From: Methanomassiliicoccales archaeon
GTDB taxonomy: Archaea; Thermoplasmatota; Thermoplasmata; Methanomassiliicoccales; JACIVX01
Assembly (NCBI GenBank): GCA_050010535.1
Contig: JBEKKT010000003.1
Span: forward strand, 1,374-65,373
Direction: 5' to 3'
Length of the DNA: 64,000 bases
Shown: positions 35,890 through 44,525 of the stretch, in pieces
Position numbering within the stretch: position 1 is the first letter of the stretch
How the letters are laid out: the number at the start of each line of letters is the position of its first letter
The notes under the pieces: model-generated
Told to the model about the DNA's origin: nothing
Databases searched by the model: none
What the model saw: the letters and a program-made list of their open reading frames with translations, nothing else
Made by a program: the position numbers and the translations under genes

Positions 35890-37077
35890 GTGAATGGCGA
35901 GGGTTTGGAAACTGTGAAGGCACGAGAAAAGCTCAGGTCCATGATCGAGTCACACAAGACCGAGGACCTGATGGCCAAACAGTACGAGACCGCGGATCCA
36001 GAAATGACGATTTCGGACGTCGTCGCAAGGATGCGAGCGATGGACCTACACGAGATACCAGTGGTCGCAGACAGCAACAAGCTGATGGGCATAATCAGCT
36101 ACGGTTCGTTGTTGAAGAGGAAGAACCTGCCGATCAGCACGAAGGCTAAATCAGTGATGGAGAACCCGCCGGAAATCAAGGAGGAGACCGCGATCACGGA
36201 GGTCGCGGAGAAGATTGTCTCTACGGGATACCGCCAGATCCCCGTGGTGCGCGGGAAGAAGATCCTCGGTGTAATCTCGAGGGAGCACATCGTGAAGATG
36301 GTCCTGGATATCAAAGACCTGAAGAGCATCCCGGTCAAGGAGGTGATGACCACCGAGGTCCAGACGGTTACGTCTGGGGACTCGCTGAAGCGTGCAATTG
36401 AGCTCATGGGAAAGCTAGACGTAAAAGCGTTGCCGGTAGTCGATGAAATGAACCGGCTCGTCGGGATCATCGGAGTGAAGGACATTGTGAATTACGGCTG
36501 GGCCAGTCGAACCAGCGAGACGGTAGGGGAGATTTCAGGCAGAAGTAAGCCGGTCGAAGTAGAAGTGGGATCCCTTTCAGTGGATAACCCAGTCACTGTA
36601 GGGCCCGAGAGCTCCATCGGGCAGGCAGCGGGCATGATGCTTGATAGGAAGATATCCACTCTGCCGGTGGTGGAGAAGGACCAGATCAAAGGGATATTGA
36701 CCACCTACGATGTCGTCGAGCTGATAGCCTCATTCAGAGCGAGGGACATGGTCTACGTCCAGATCACCGGTCTAGAAGAGGAGGACCGCCACTCCCTGGA
36801 TGTGATGGACCGGGAGATTGAGGCAGAATTGAAGAAGATCGCCAGGCTGTCGAAGCCTCTTCTGTTTACGCTGCACGTCGCGAAGCACAATCCCGCCGGC
36901 AACGTGGCCAAGTACAGTCTCCACGGCCGGCTGATAACCGAGGACAAGATCTTTGTCGCTAAGGCGATCGAATGGAACCTTATCAAAGCCACGATCGCGA
37001 CGATGGAACGGCTCCAGAACATGGTGAAGGAAATGAAGGAGTCTAGGTTGGACCAGCGGAGAAAGGCGAAGGGTTGA
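35890..37077 (+). CDS. four-CBS-domain protein with a C-terminal RaiA/HPF-like domain
   Basis: Residues 28-280 form four CBS motifs. Residues 287-385 (nt 36748..37044) read MVYVQITGLEEE.. DVMDREIEAELKKIARL.. LLFTLHVAKHN.. KYSLHGRLITEDKIFVAKAIEW NLIKATIATMERLQNMVKEMKE. This beta-alpha-beta-beta-beta-alpha layout resembles ribosome-associated inhibitor A / hibernation factor. The GTG start is preceded by GAGAGGAA. Confidence 0.7.
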   Translation: MNGEGLETVKAREKLRSMIESHKTEDLMAKQYETADPEMTISDVVARMRAMDLHEIPVVADSNKLMGIISYGSLLKRKNLPISTKAKSVMENPPEIKEETAITEVAEKIVSTGYRQIPVVRGKKILGVISREHIVKMVLDIKDLKSIPVKEVMTTEVQTVTSGDSLKRAIELMGKLDVKALPVVDEMNRLVGIIGVKDIVNYGWASRTSETVGEISGRSKPVEVEVGSLSVDNPVTVGPESSIGQAAGMMLDRKISTLPVVEKDQIKGILTTYDVVELIASFRARDMVYVQITGLEEEDRHSLDVMDREIEAELKKIARLSKPLLFTLHVAKHNPAGNVAKYSLHGRLITEDKIFVAKAIEWNLIKATIATMERLQNMVKEMKESRLDQRRKAKG

Positions 37078-37131
37078 GCCCTTGGCCCCTCAGCAACTTT
37101 TTAAAGCGGGCCAATGGTATTCCCCCTCCTC

Positions 37132-39753
37132 ATGACTCAATACGAAGCCGTGCCTACCGAGAGGAAGTGGCAGAAGAAGTGGAAGGAGTGGGATCTTTAC
37201 AGGTTCGATCAGTCGTCCTCGACTCCCGTTTATAGCGTTGACAACCCGCCGAGGTACACATCCGGCTCCCTGCACTTGGGACATGCCACTGGATATTCCT
37301 TGATTGATTTCGCTGCGAGATATCACCGAATGAGAGGGTACAACGTCTTCTTCCCCCTTTGCTTCGACGTGAACGGGACGCCCACGGAGGTCAGGGTCGA
37401 AAAGAAGTACGGGATCACGAAGCTGTCGATACCGAGGCAGGAGTACATCAAGCTCTGTAGCGAATACGCGAATAGCTTCATAGATGAGATGACTCACCAG
37501 TTCGAGATCCTCGGGGAATCGATGGACCCGAGCATCTACTATCAGACCGACGCGCCCTACTACAGAAGAATCACCCAGATATCGTTTCTGAGGATGCTCG
37601 AAAAGGGCATCGTTTACAAAGGGACTTACCCCGTCAACTGGTGCCCGAGGTGCATCACCGCCCTGGCAGATGCTGAAATCGAGTACCAGCAGAACGTCAC
37701 TAAGCTCAATTTCGTCAAGTTCCGCGTGAAGGGTACGGACGAATGCGCCATCATTGCTACCACGAGGCCGGAGCTCATCTGCACGTGCCAGCTCGTGGCG
37801 GTCCATCCTGATGACAAGGCCAAGAAGGCATTGGTCAGTGGGACCCTTCTCACCCCTATTTACGACAGAGAGGTCAAGATCATCGCGGATCCGAAGGTCG
37901 ACCCGAAGTTCGGATCGGGAATCGTCATGATCTGCACGATCGGGGACAAGGATGACCTGGAATGGGTCATGAAATATGATCTTCCATTCGAGAAAGGAAT
38001 CGACGAGCAGGGGAGGATGACCGAGGTCGCAGGAAAGTATTCAGGGCTGCCAGTGAGAGAGGCGAGGAAGAGGGTGATCGAGGATCTTAAGGAAGCCGGG
38101 CTTCTGGTCAAACAGGAGGACACGGAACAGAACGTCAGCACCTGCTGGCGCTGTCACGAACCGATCGAGTTCCTCCAGGTGCCCCAGTGGTTCCTGAAGA
38201 CCCTCGACTTCAAGGACGATGTCCTGGCGAAATCAAATGAACTGAGGTGGTTCCCAGACTTCATGAAGGTCCGCCTGCGCGATTGGGTGGAATCCCTCGA
38301 ATGGGACTGGGTAATATCAAGACAACGGTACTTTGCAACCCCGATCCCCATATGGGAGTGCGTGGAGTGCGGCCAGGTAGTTCCGGCGAGGGAAGAGGAC
38401 TGTTATGTCGATCCCACCGTGGACCCCCCCATTGTCGAGAAGTGCCCGAAATGCGGGGGCAAGCTCAAGGGTTGCGAGGATGTGTTCGACACCTGGATGG
38501 ACTCAAGCATCTCGCCCCTCTACAATACCTACTGGCTCCGAGACCTGGAGAAGTTCAAGAGACTCTATCCGATGTCCCTTCGCCCGCAGTCGCACGACAT
38601 CATCCGGACCTGGGCATTCTACACGCTTCTTAGAGAGCATTTGCTCGTGGCACAGAAGCCCTGGAACGACATCATGATTCACGGATTCATCATGGCCGCG
38701 GATGGCACCCCAATGCACTCATCCCTGGGGAACGTGATCGACCCGATGCCGATCCTGGAGAAGAACGGAGCAGATGCACTCCGATATTATGCATGCACCT
38801 GCTCGCTCGGCGAGGACAACGCGTTTAGGGAGAAGGACGTCGTGCATGGCGGCAGACTCTGCACGAAGCTGTGGAACATTGGCAAGTTCGTCGGGAGCGT
38901 CGTCACGGAGCAACCGAACATGGAGGGGCTGCGCCCCACCGACAAGTGGATACTTAGCAGATACAGCAGAGTGGTCGAGTCCGCCACGGGGCACTATGAC
39001 AACTACTCTTTCGACAAGGCGATGAGGGCGATAGAAGACTTTGTGTGGCACGAGTTCGCCGACCACTACTTGGAAATGATCAAGTTCAGGACCAGAGACC
39101 CAAGCGATGAAGGCGTCAAGTTCACGCTCTATACCGTCTGTCTCGGGATTTTGAAAATGCTCGCTCCTCTACTACCTCACGTCACTGAGGAAGTGTACCA
39201 AACCAGCTTCCGGGCGATCGAGGGGAACAAGAGCATACACGTGAGCAAGTGGCCCGTGCCAGTTCTTGTTGACGAAAAGGAGGAGGGGCGCGGAGAGTTG
39301 GTGAAAGAGGTCATTGGCGCCCTGAGATCATGGAAGGCCGAGAATGGGATTCCCCTAAACGAGGAGATAGCCCTGATCGAACTCATCGGGGAGGGAGCGG
39401 AGCGGCTGTTCGGCTGCGAGAGGGACATTGCTCAGACGATCAGGGCGAAAGAGCTCAAGATAGAAAGACAGGTCGAGCTAGAAGAGAAGATAGTCGCGCT
39501 GAAGCCCGTGATGTCGAGGATTGGGCCGATGTTCAAACAGAAGGCGAATGAGATCATCGACAGGTTGCAGGCACTTGACCCCGCCGAGGTCGCTGCTTCG
39601 ATCGATGCTACTCCAGTCGAAATCGGATTGTCGGATGGGTCAACAGTTCAAGTGGACAAGGATCTTGTGACTTTCAAGAGGAAGCTCGTTCTGCACGGCG
39701 AAGAAGTGAAGACATTCCAGGTCAGGAAAGTGCTGGTCGCGGTGCAGAGATGA
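37132..39753 (+). CDS. valS: valine--tRNA ligase (class I Val/Ile/Leu family)
   Basis: VDNPPRYTSGSLHLGHA (HIGH), a CP1 editing region, the KMSKS variant PMHSSLGN, and a C-terminal coiled region are present. Length is about 873 aa. Val specificity is inferred from length and motif style. Confidence 0.8.
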   Translation: MTQYEAVPTERKWQKKWKEWDLYRFDQSSSTPVYSVDNPPRYTSGSLHLGHATGYSLIDFAARYHRMRGYNVFFPLCFDVNGTPTEVRVEKKYGITKLSIPRQEYIKLCSEYANSFIDEMTHQFEILGESMDPSIYYQTDAPYYRRITQISFLRMLEKGIVYKGTYPVNWCPRCITALADAEIEYQQNVTKLNFVKFRVKGTDECAIIATTRPELICTCQLVAVHPDDKAKKALVSGTLLTPIYDREVKIIADPKVDPKFGSGIVMICTIGDKDDLEWVMKYDLPFEKGIDEQGRMTEVAGKYSGLPVREARKRVIEDLKEAGLLVKQEDTEQNVSTCWRCHEPIEFLQVPQWFLKTLDFKDDVLAKSNELRWFPDFMKVRLRDWVESLEWDWVISRQRYFATPIPIWECVECGQVVPAREEDCYVDPTVDPPIVEKCPKCGGKLKGCEDVFDTWMDSSISPLYNTYWLRDLEKFKRLYPMSLRPQSHDIIRTWAFYTLLREHLLVAQKPWNDIMIHGFIMAADGTPMHSSLGNVIDPMPILEKNGADALRYYACTCSLGEDNAFREKDVVHGGRLCTKLWNIGKFVGSVVTEQPNMEGLRPTDKWILSRYSRVVESATGHYDNYSFDKAMRAIEDFVWHEFADHYLEMIKFRTRDPSDEGVKFTLYTVCLGILKMLAPLLPHVTEEVYQTSFRAIEGNKSIHVSKWPVPVLVDEKEEGRGELVKEVIGALRSWKAENGIPLNEEIALIELIGEGAERLFGCERDIAQTIRAKELKIERQVELEEKIVALKPVMSRIGPMFKQKANEIIDRLQALDPAEVAASIDATPVEIGLSDGSTVQVDKDLVTFKRKLVLHGEEVKTFQVRKVLVAVQR

Positions 39754-39791
39754 TCCAGCACCACGACCTGAGCGCCCGCAAGATCCGATAA

Positions 39792-41207
39792 CTAGCTGGC
39801 CGAACGGCGCGGCACCGGATCGGCTCTGATCCTCTTACCACGATAGTCCGCCTGATCAAGGCCCTTCATCGCGTTGTAAGCCACGTCCTTGTGAACCTCG
39901 AACTCGCTAGACTTCTCCCCCAGTTCAACATGACCGATGGCTATCTCGCTGATGTCCCCCCTTTTCCGAACGAACTCGACGATGTCGTTCATTCCAACCT
40001 TGTCCGCCTTCCCGAGGTTGATTCTGAACTTCACCATGCCGAATATGTCCACATACTCGTCGAAGTCCCACACCTTCCTGACAACATCCCTTTCCCCGGT
40101 CGTCGGGACCTCCGCTTGCTCGATCCCCGCTCCTCCGAATTCCTTGATTCCCTCGAGAAGATGCTCCTCGTCAGAGCTGACGAAAGTGATGGCCTTTCCT
40201 TCCTTGCCAGCCCTGCCTGTCCGCCCGATGCGGTGCACATACCACTCGGGACTCTCAGGTATGTCGTAGTTGATGACGATGGTTACATCCTCGATGTCCA
40301 AGCCCCTCGCGGCCACGTCCGTCGCGATGAGCACCTTCACCTTGCCCTTGCGGAAATCGGTCAGGACCCGCTCCCTCTGAGCCTGTGAAAGATCACCGTG
40401 CAGCGCCTCGGCCGGATAGCCATAGGATTTCAATCGCTGCTCCAGGATGTCCACCATCCGTTTCGTGGAGCAGAAGACAATCGCTTTGGGCTTCTCCTTG
40501 TCAAGGACCCTGCAGAGGGCCCATATCTTGTTCTTCCTGCCGACCTTGAAGTATATCTGTTTGGTCGACGGAAGGACGAGCTCTTCCTCGCTGATGATAA
40601 CCATTTCCGGATTCTTCATGTGGTCCGCGCCGAGCCTTCTGACCCCCTCAGGGATCGTGGCCGAGAAGAGGTACGTGTTCCGCTCCTTCGGAATTTGCCT
40701 GATGATGTAGTCAATGTCCTCAATGAAACCCATGTCAAGCATCCGGTCTGCCTCGTCGAGAACCAGGAAGCGAATGCCGCTCAGGTCCAGGGTCTTACGC
40801 TTTATATGGTCTATGACTCTTCCCGGAGTGCCTGACACGATATCGACCCCTCTCTTCAGGGCCTCGAACTGGACGGATATCGCCTGTCCACCGTATACTG
40901 GAATCGTCTTGATGTCCAAGTGCGCTCCGAGCTTCTTTATCTCTTCAGAGACTTGAATGGCGAGCTCACGGGTCGGCACAAGCACGAGCGCACTCGGCTT
41001 CATCCCGTGGCGCATCTTCTGAAGGATGGGGATCGCGAACGCAGCAGTCTTCCCGGTGCCGGTTTGTGCCTGCGATATGACATCTCTTCCCTGTGCCATC
41101 AATGGTATCGCTGCCAGCTGCACAGGCGTAGGTTCGGTGAACCCCATTTCCTCTATAGATCTCATTATTCGAGAGTCAATGTTCAGTGATTCAAAACCAT
41201 CGCTCAT
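39792..41207 (-). CDS. DEAD-box ATP-dependent RNA helicase with a C-terminal DbpA-like RNA-binding domain
   Basis: It has the Q motif region, AQTGTGKTAAF, VLDEADRML, SAT, and HRIGRTGRAG. The C-terminal part (FRINLGKADKVGMNDIVEF) is typical of DbpA/DeaD RBDs. Confidence 0.9.
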   Translation of the reverse strand: MSDGFESLNIDSRIMRSIEEMGFTEPTPVQLAAIPLMAQGRDVISQAQTGTGKTAAFAIPILQKMRHGMKPSALVLVPTRELAIQVSEEIKKLGAHLDIKTIPVYGGQAISVQFEALKRGVDIVSGTPGRVIDHIKRKTLDLSGIRFLVLDEADRMLDMGFIEDIDYIIRQIPKERNTYLFSATIPEGVRRLGADHMKNPEMVIISEEELVLPSTKQIYFKVGRKNKIWALCRVLDKEKPKAIVFCSTKRMVDILEQRLKSYGYPAEALHGDLSQAQRERVLTDFRKGKVKVLIATDVAARGLDIEDVTIVINYDIPESPEWYVHRIGRTGRAGKEGKAITFVSSDEEHLLEGIKEFGGAGIEQAEVPTTGERDVVRKVWDFDEYVDIFGMVKFRINLGKADKVGMNDIVEFVRKRGDISEIAIGHVELGEKSSEFEVHKDVAYNAMKGLDQADYRGKRIRADPVPRRSAS

Positions 41208-41354
41208 GATTCATCACGCTAACGAGGAGTCCGATGACACTTATGTTCTATAACCTTTGCCTCTATCGGGGGGGGTTCAGTGGATGTCACCGACTGGACA
41301 CGCAAATGAAACAAAGTTTATATGAAGCAAGGACGTTCAGATGGGCAGGGCCAC

Positions 41355-41428
41355 GCGGGCGTAGTGTAGACTGGTTATCACTTAAGCTTGCCAAGCTTAA
41401 AACTCGGGTTCAAATCCCGACGCCCGCA
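41355..41428 (+). tRNA. tRNA-Gly (GCC)
   Basis: The sequence is GCGGGCG TA GTGTAGACTGGTTATCAC T TAAGC TTGCCAA GCTTA AAAC TCGGG TTCAAAT CCCGA CGCCCGC A. It forms a perfect acceptor stem, anticodon stem and T stem, with anticodon GCC. No CCA is encoded. Confidence 0.9.
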
Positions 41429-41731
41429 CTCTCAATTGGGGATATGTATGTGATTCCGGCAAAGGATACAAAGAAAAAGGACCTTTGAGACTGACGGCGA
41501 TTCGCGAGACAATCGAAGCTTAGGCAGAGGACCGCAACGTGCCGAAGCTTTTCAATCTAATGGATTTGCTCACTTTAGGCGAAAGTCCCTTATACTTGAC
41601 TGATCTGTCCCGGTATTAGGCTAAATTGAATAGCCAAGCTGGGCTTGGTAACTGGCACGGATGCAAAACCGACAAGTTCCACCAGGATGAGGCGTTAGAT
41701 TTAGTCAAGAGTCAGATGGAGGTGAATAGAA

Positions 41732-41884
41732 GTGTACGACAGGCCACCGCGCGAAATGCACAAGGCGGTTTGCTCCGATTGCGGCAAGGAATGCGAAGTT
41801 CCTTTCAAGCCCACAGACGGCAGACCAGTATATTGCCGCGATTGCTACCAGAAGCATCGCCCACCGAGGCGAAGCAGGTACTAA
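41732..41884 (+). CDS. CxxC-x17-CxxC zinc-ribbon protein (50 aa, absent from the ORF track)
   Basis: My own translation from GTG 41732, with GGAGGTGA 7 nt upstream, is (M)YDRPPREMHKAVCSDCGKECEVPFKPTDGRPVYCRDCYQKHRPPRRSRY-TAA. This is a widely conserved small zinc-ribbon pattern. Overlapping track ORF 41626..41925 is in another frame and is rejected. Confidence 0.75.
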   Translation: MYDRPPREMHKAVCSDCGKECEVPFKPTDGRPVYCRDCYQKHRPPRRSRY

Positions 41885-41891
41885 ACATCAA

Positions 41892-41942
41892 GGCATTAAG
41901 AATGCCTAGTGAGCGGATTTTTTAGCTCCAAAAATCTTTTTT
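41892..41942 (+). terminator. putative transcription terminator (two hairpins with oligo-T tracts)
   Basis: Directly after the zinc-ribbon stop there is a GGCATT-AAG-AATGCC hairpin. It is followed by GATTTTT(T)-AGCTCC-AAAAATC and a T6 tract at 41937..41942. Oligo-T tracts are the known archaeal termination signal. Confidence 0.45.
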
Positions 41943-42457
41943 GTTATTACTCTGCAATTGTACAAGCCGGGGGGCCTGGCTTGTCCTGTATGCCGATGAT
42001 TTGACCCCTGGATCACGCCACTCCAGGTCAGCTAGATCATCAAACGCTGGAGCGAACGGAATCGGAAGCTCATCGATATTCGTCGGCTGACAAAGAGTCT
42101 GCGGCATTGAGACATAGATCGCAAGCAAACTGCAAGACCGAGGATACAAATTCCGTGGCTGGATTGATCGGTCCGTCAACGGTTTCAGAGGTCGCTCATA
42201 CGAGACACGGAGCAGTCCTTATGTTTTCGTCGGAGGCGACTCGGACGATGGGGGCGAAAAGTCGAAGCATTATTAATAATACGTGCACGATAATCGATGC
42301 AAATCCTTCAATTCTTGATGGTTTTACCCTTCATAATGAAGTATTGCCATTCTACCCGAAGTAATGTGCCGTATTCAGGCTTATCTATCTGAGATTCTCG
42401 GATACATTTTTAAGAACAAAGCACGATTGCCCACACCAGAAAAGGGGGTTCTGTCAT

Positions 42458-44365
42458 ATGGAGGAGAAGCAACTGATACAATATCCGCCCCATCTCCGAT
42501 GGATCTTGGACAGAGCTTTGGACGATCCGAAGGGATTTTGGGGTGAGATTGCTGAGGAACTTCACTGGTTCAAGCGATGGAACAACATCTTCGAGGGGAG
42601 CGGCCCTAACTTCAAGTGGTTCGTAGGCGGCGAGACGAACCTCTGCTACAACTGCCTCGACTATCACGTCAAGAGGGGTAAGGGTAACAGGGCTGCCATC
42701 ATCTGGGAAAACGGCGAGAACGAGCGACCAAGGGTCCTAACTTATAACGAGTTGCTCTTCGAAGTAAAGCGTTTCGCAGGCGCCCTGAAAGCACAAGGCG
42801 TGAAGAAAGGTGACAGAGTCACGATTTACATGCCCATGATCCCTGAAGCCGCGATCGCGATGCTGGCGACGGTGAGGATCGGCGCCGTGCACTCCGTCGT
42901 TTTCGGAGGGTTCGGAGAAGGTGCCCTGGCCGACAGGATCGACGATGCTGGGTCTGAAGTCGTCGTGACAGCGGACATCGGATTGCGAAGAGGCAAGCCG
43001 ATCCAGCTTAAGGAGGTCGTTGACCAGGCACTCAACATGGCAAAGGGGGTCAGGAAGGTCATCGTCCTGAAAAGGGGGACGAAAGAGCCACCGATGACGG
43101 CAGAGAGGGACGTTTACTGGAACGATGCCATTGAGAAAGGTGCTGGCCAGGACACGGATGCAGTTCCGATGAAGGCGGACGAACTGGCATTCATCCTATA
43201 CACCTCTGGGACAATGGCCAAGCCGAAAGGCACGGTGCAGCCTCACGGGAGCTATCAGGTGTACGTCTATGCCATGGGCAAATGGGTGTACGATTTGAGG
43301 GAAACCGATACCTGGTGGTCGACCTCAGATGTTGGATGGATAGTCGGTCACAGCTACGTTGTGTACGGCCCTCTGCTGGTAGGCTGCTCGACTATCATGT
43401 ACGAAGGATCACCGGACTTCCCGACGCCCGACGTGTGGTGGAAAATCGTGGAGAGATACAAGGTCACTCAGATGTGGATCTCACCAACTGGCGTGAGGGG
43501 CCTGATGCAGTATGGCGATGACTACCCGAACAAGCACGACATGAGCTCCGTCAGGCTGGTCGTTTGCGCCGGCGAGGTGTTAAACCCGCCAGCGTATGAA
43601 TGGCTCTCGAAGAAGGTATTCCACGGCAGGATCCCGGTTGTGGACCATATGTGGCAGACGGAGACGAGCGGCCCAATTGTCGGCAACCCCGTGGGAATAT
43701 CTATGCTGCCGATCATACCGGGTTGCGCTACAATAGCACTGCCTGGGATTGAGGCGGACATAGTCAACGATAAGGGAGAAACGCTTCCGCCGGGAGTCGA
43801 AGGTAACTTCGTCATTCGCAGGCCGTTCCCCGGGCTGACCCCGACCATCTGGAGGGACCCGGAGAGGTATGTCAGGGATTATTGGACGAGGATACCGGGC
43901 TGTTACTACACAGGCGATGGTGCATCAAGAGACCAGAACGGGTACATAACCTTCGTCGGCAGATTCGATGAGATCATCAAGATAGCCGCGCACCGGGTCG
44001 GGACGATAGAGATCGAGTCCGCCCTGCTCTATCACCCAGCGGTCGCCGAGGCGGCGGTTGTGGGAATGCCAGACGAGCTGAGAGGGGAGGTGGCTTTCGC
44101 CATTGTCGTCCTGAAGCCTGGCTACGAGGCCTCGGACAAGATGAAGGCTGAACTCAAGGCCCAAGTAAGGAAATCGATGGGCGCTCTCGTGGTAATTGGA
44201 GATATGGCTTTCGTAAATAAACTGCCCAAGACGAGGAGCGGCAAGATAATGAGAAGGGTGATTAAGGCGGTCGTTGCGAAGCAACCACTAGGCGACTACT
44301 CCACAATGGAAGATCCCACGGCGATCGACGAGGTCAAGAGGGCCTTGGCTAAAGCCAACAAGTGA
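42458..44365 (+). CDS. acs: acetyl-CoA synthetase (AMP-forming)
   Basis: The 635-aa ORF has WWSTSDVGWIVGHSY, YTSGTMAKPKG, and TGDGASRDQNGYITFVGRFDEIIKIAAHRVGT. The C-terminal LPKTRSGKIMRR contains the acetylatable lysine context. Confidence 0.93.
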   Translation: MEEKQLIQYPPHLRWILDRALDDPKGFWGEIAEELHWFKRWNNIFEGSGPNFKWFVGGETNLCYNCLDYHVKRGKGNRAAIIWENGENERPRVLTYNELLFEVKRFAGALKAQGVKKGDRVTIYMPMIPEAAIAMLATVRIGAVHSVVFGGFGEGALADRIDDAGSEVVVTADIGLRRGKPIQLKEVVDQALNMAKGVRKVIVLKRGTKEPPMTAERDVYWNDAIEKGAGQDTDAVPMKADELAFILYTSGTMAKPKGTVQPHGSYQVYVYAMGKWVYDLRETDTWWSTSDVGWIVGHSYVVYGPLLVGCSTIMYEGSPDFPTPDVWWKIVERYKVTQMWISPTGVRGLMQYGDDYPNKHDMSSVRLVVCAGEVLNPPAYEWLSKKVFHGRIPVVDHMWQTETSGPIVGNPVGISMLPIIPGCATIALPGIEADIVNDKGETLPPGVEGNFVIRRPFPGLTPTIWRDPERYVRDYWTRIPGCYYTGDGASRDQNGYITFVGRFDEIIKIAAHRVGTIEIESALLYHPAVAEAAVVGMPDELRGEVAFAIVVLKPGYEASDKMKAELKAQVRKSMGALVVIGDMAFVNKLPKTRSGKIMRRVIKAVVAKQPLGDYSTMEDPTAIDEVKRALAKANK

Positions 44366-44525
44366 ACGCGGAACTGACGATTGGAACGGAGTGACAATCG
44401 GTCGGAGAGGCTGAATGCCGCTCGGCCGTCTTCCTTTTTCTTTCATTCCATTGCTGTTCCAACCTTTGGTATTGACAGACACCTTGAAATATCCGCCATC
44501 ATGTTACACTTTAGAGGGGAAGCCA

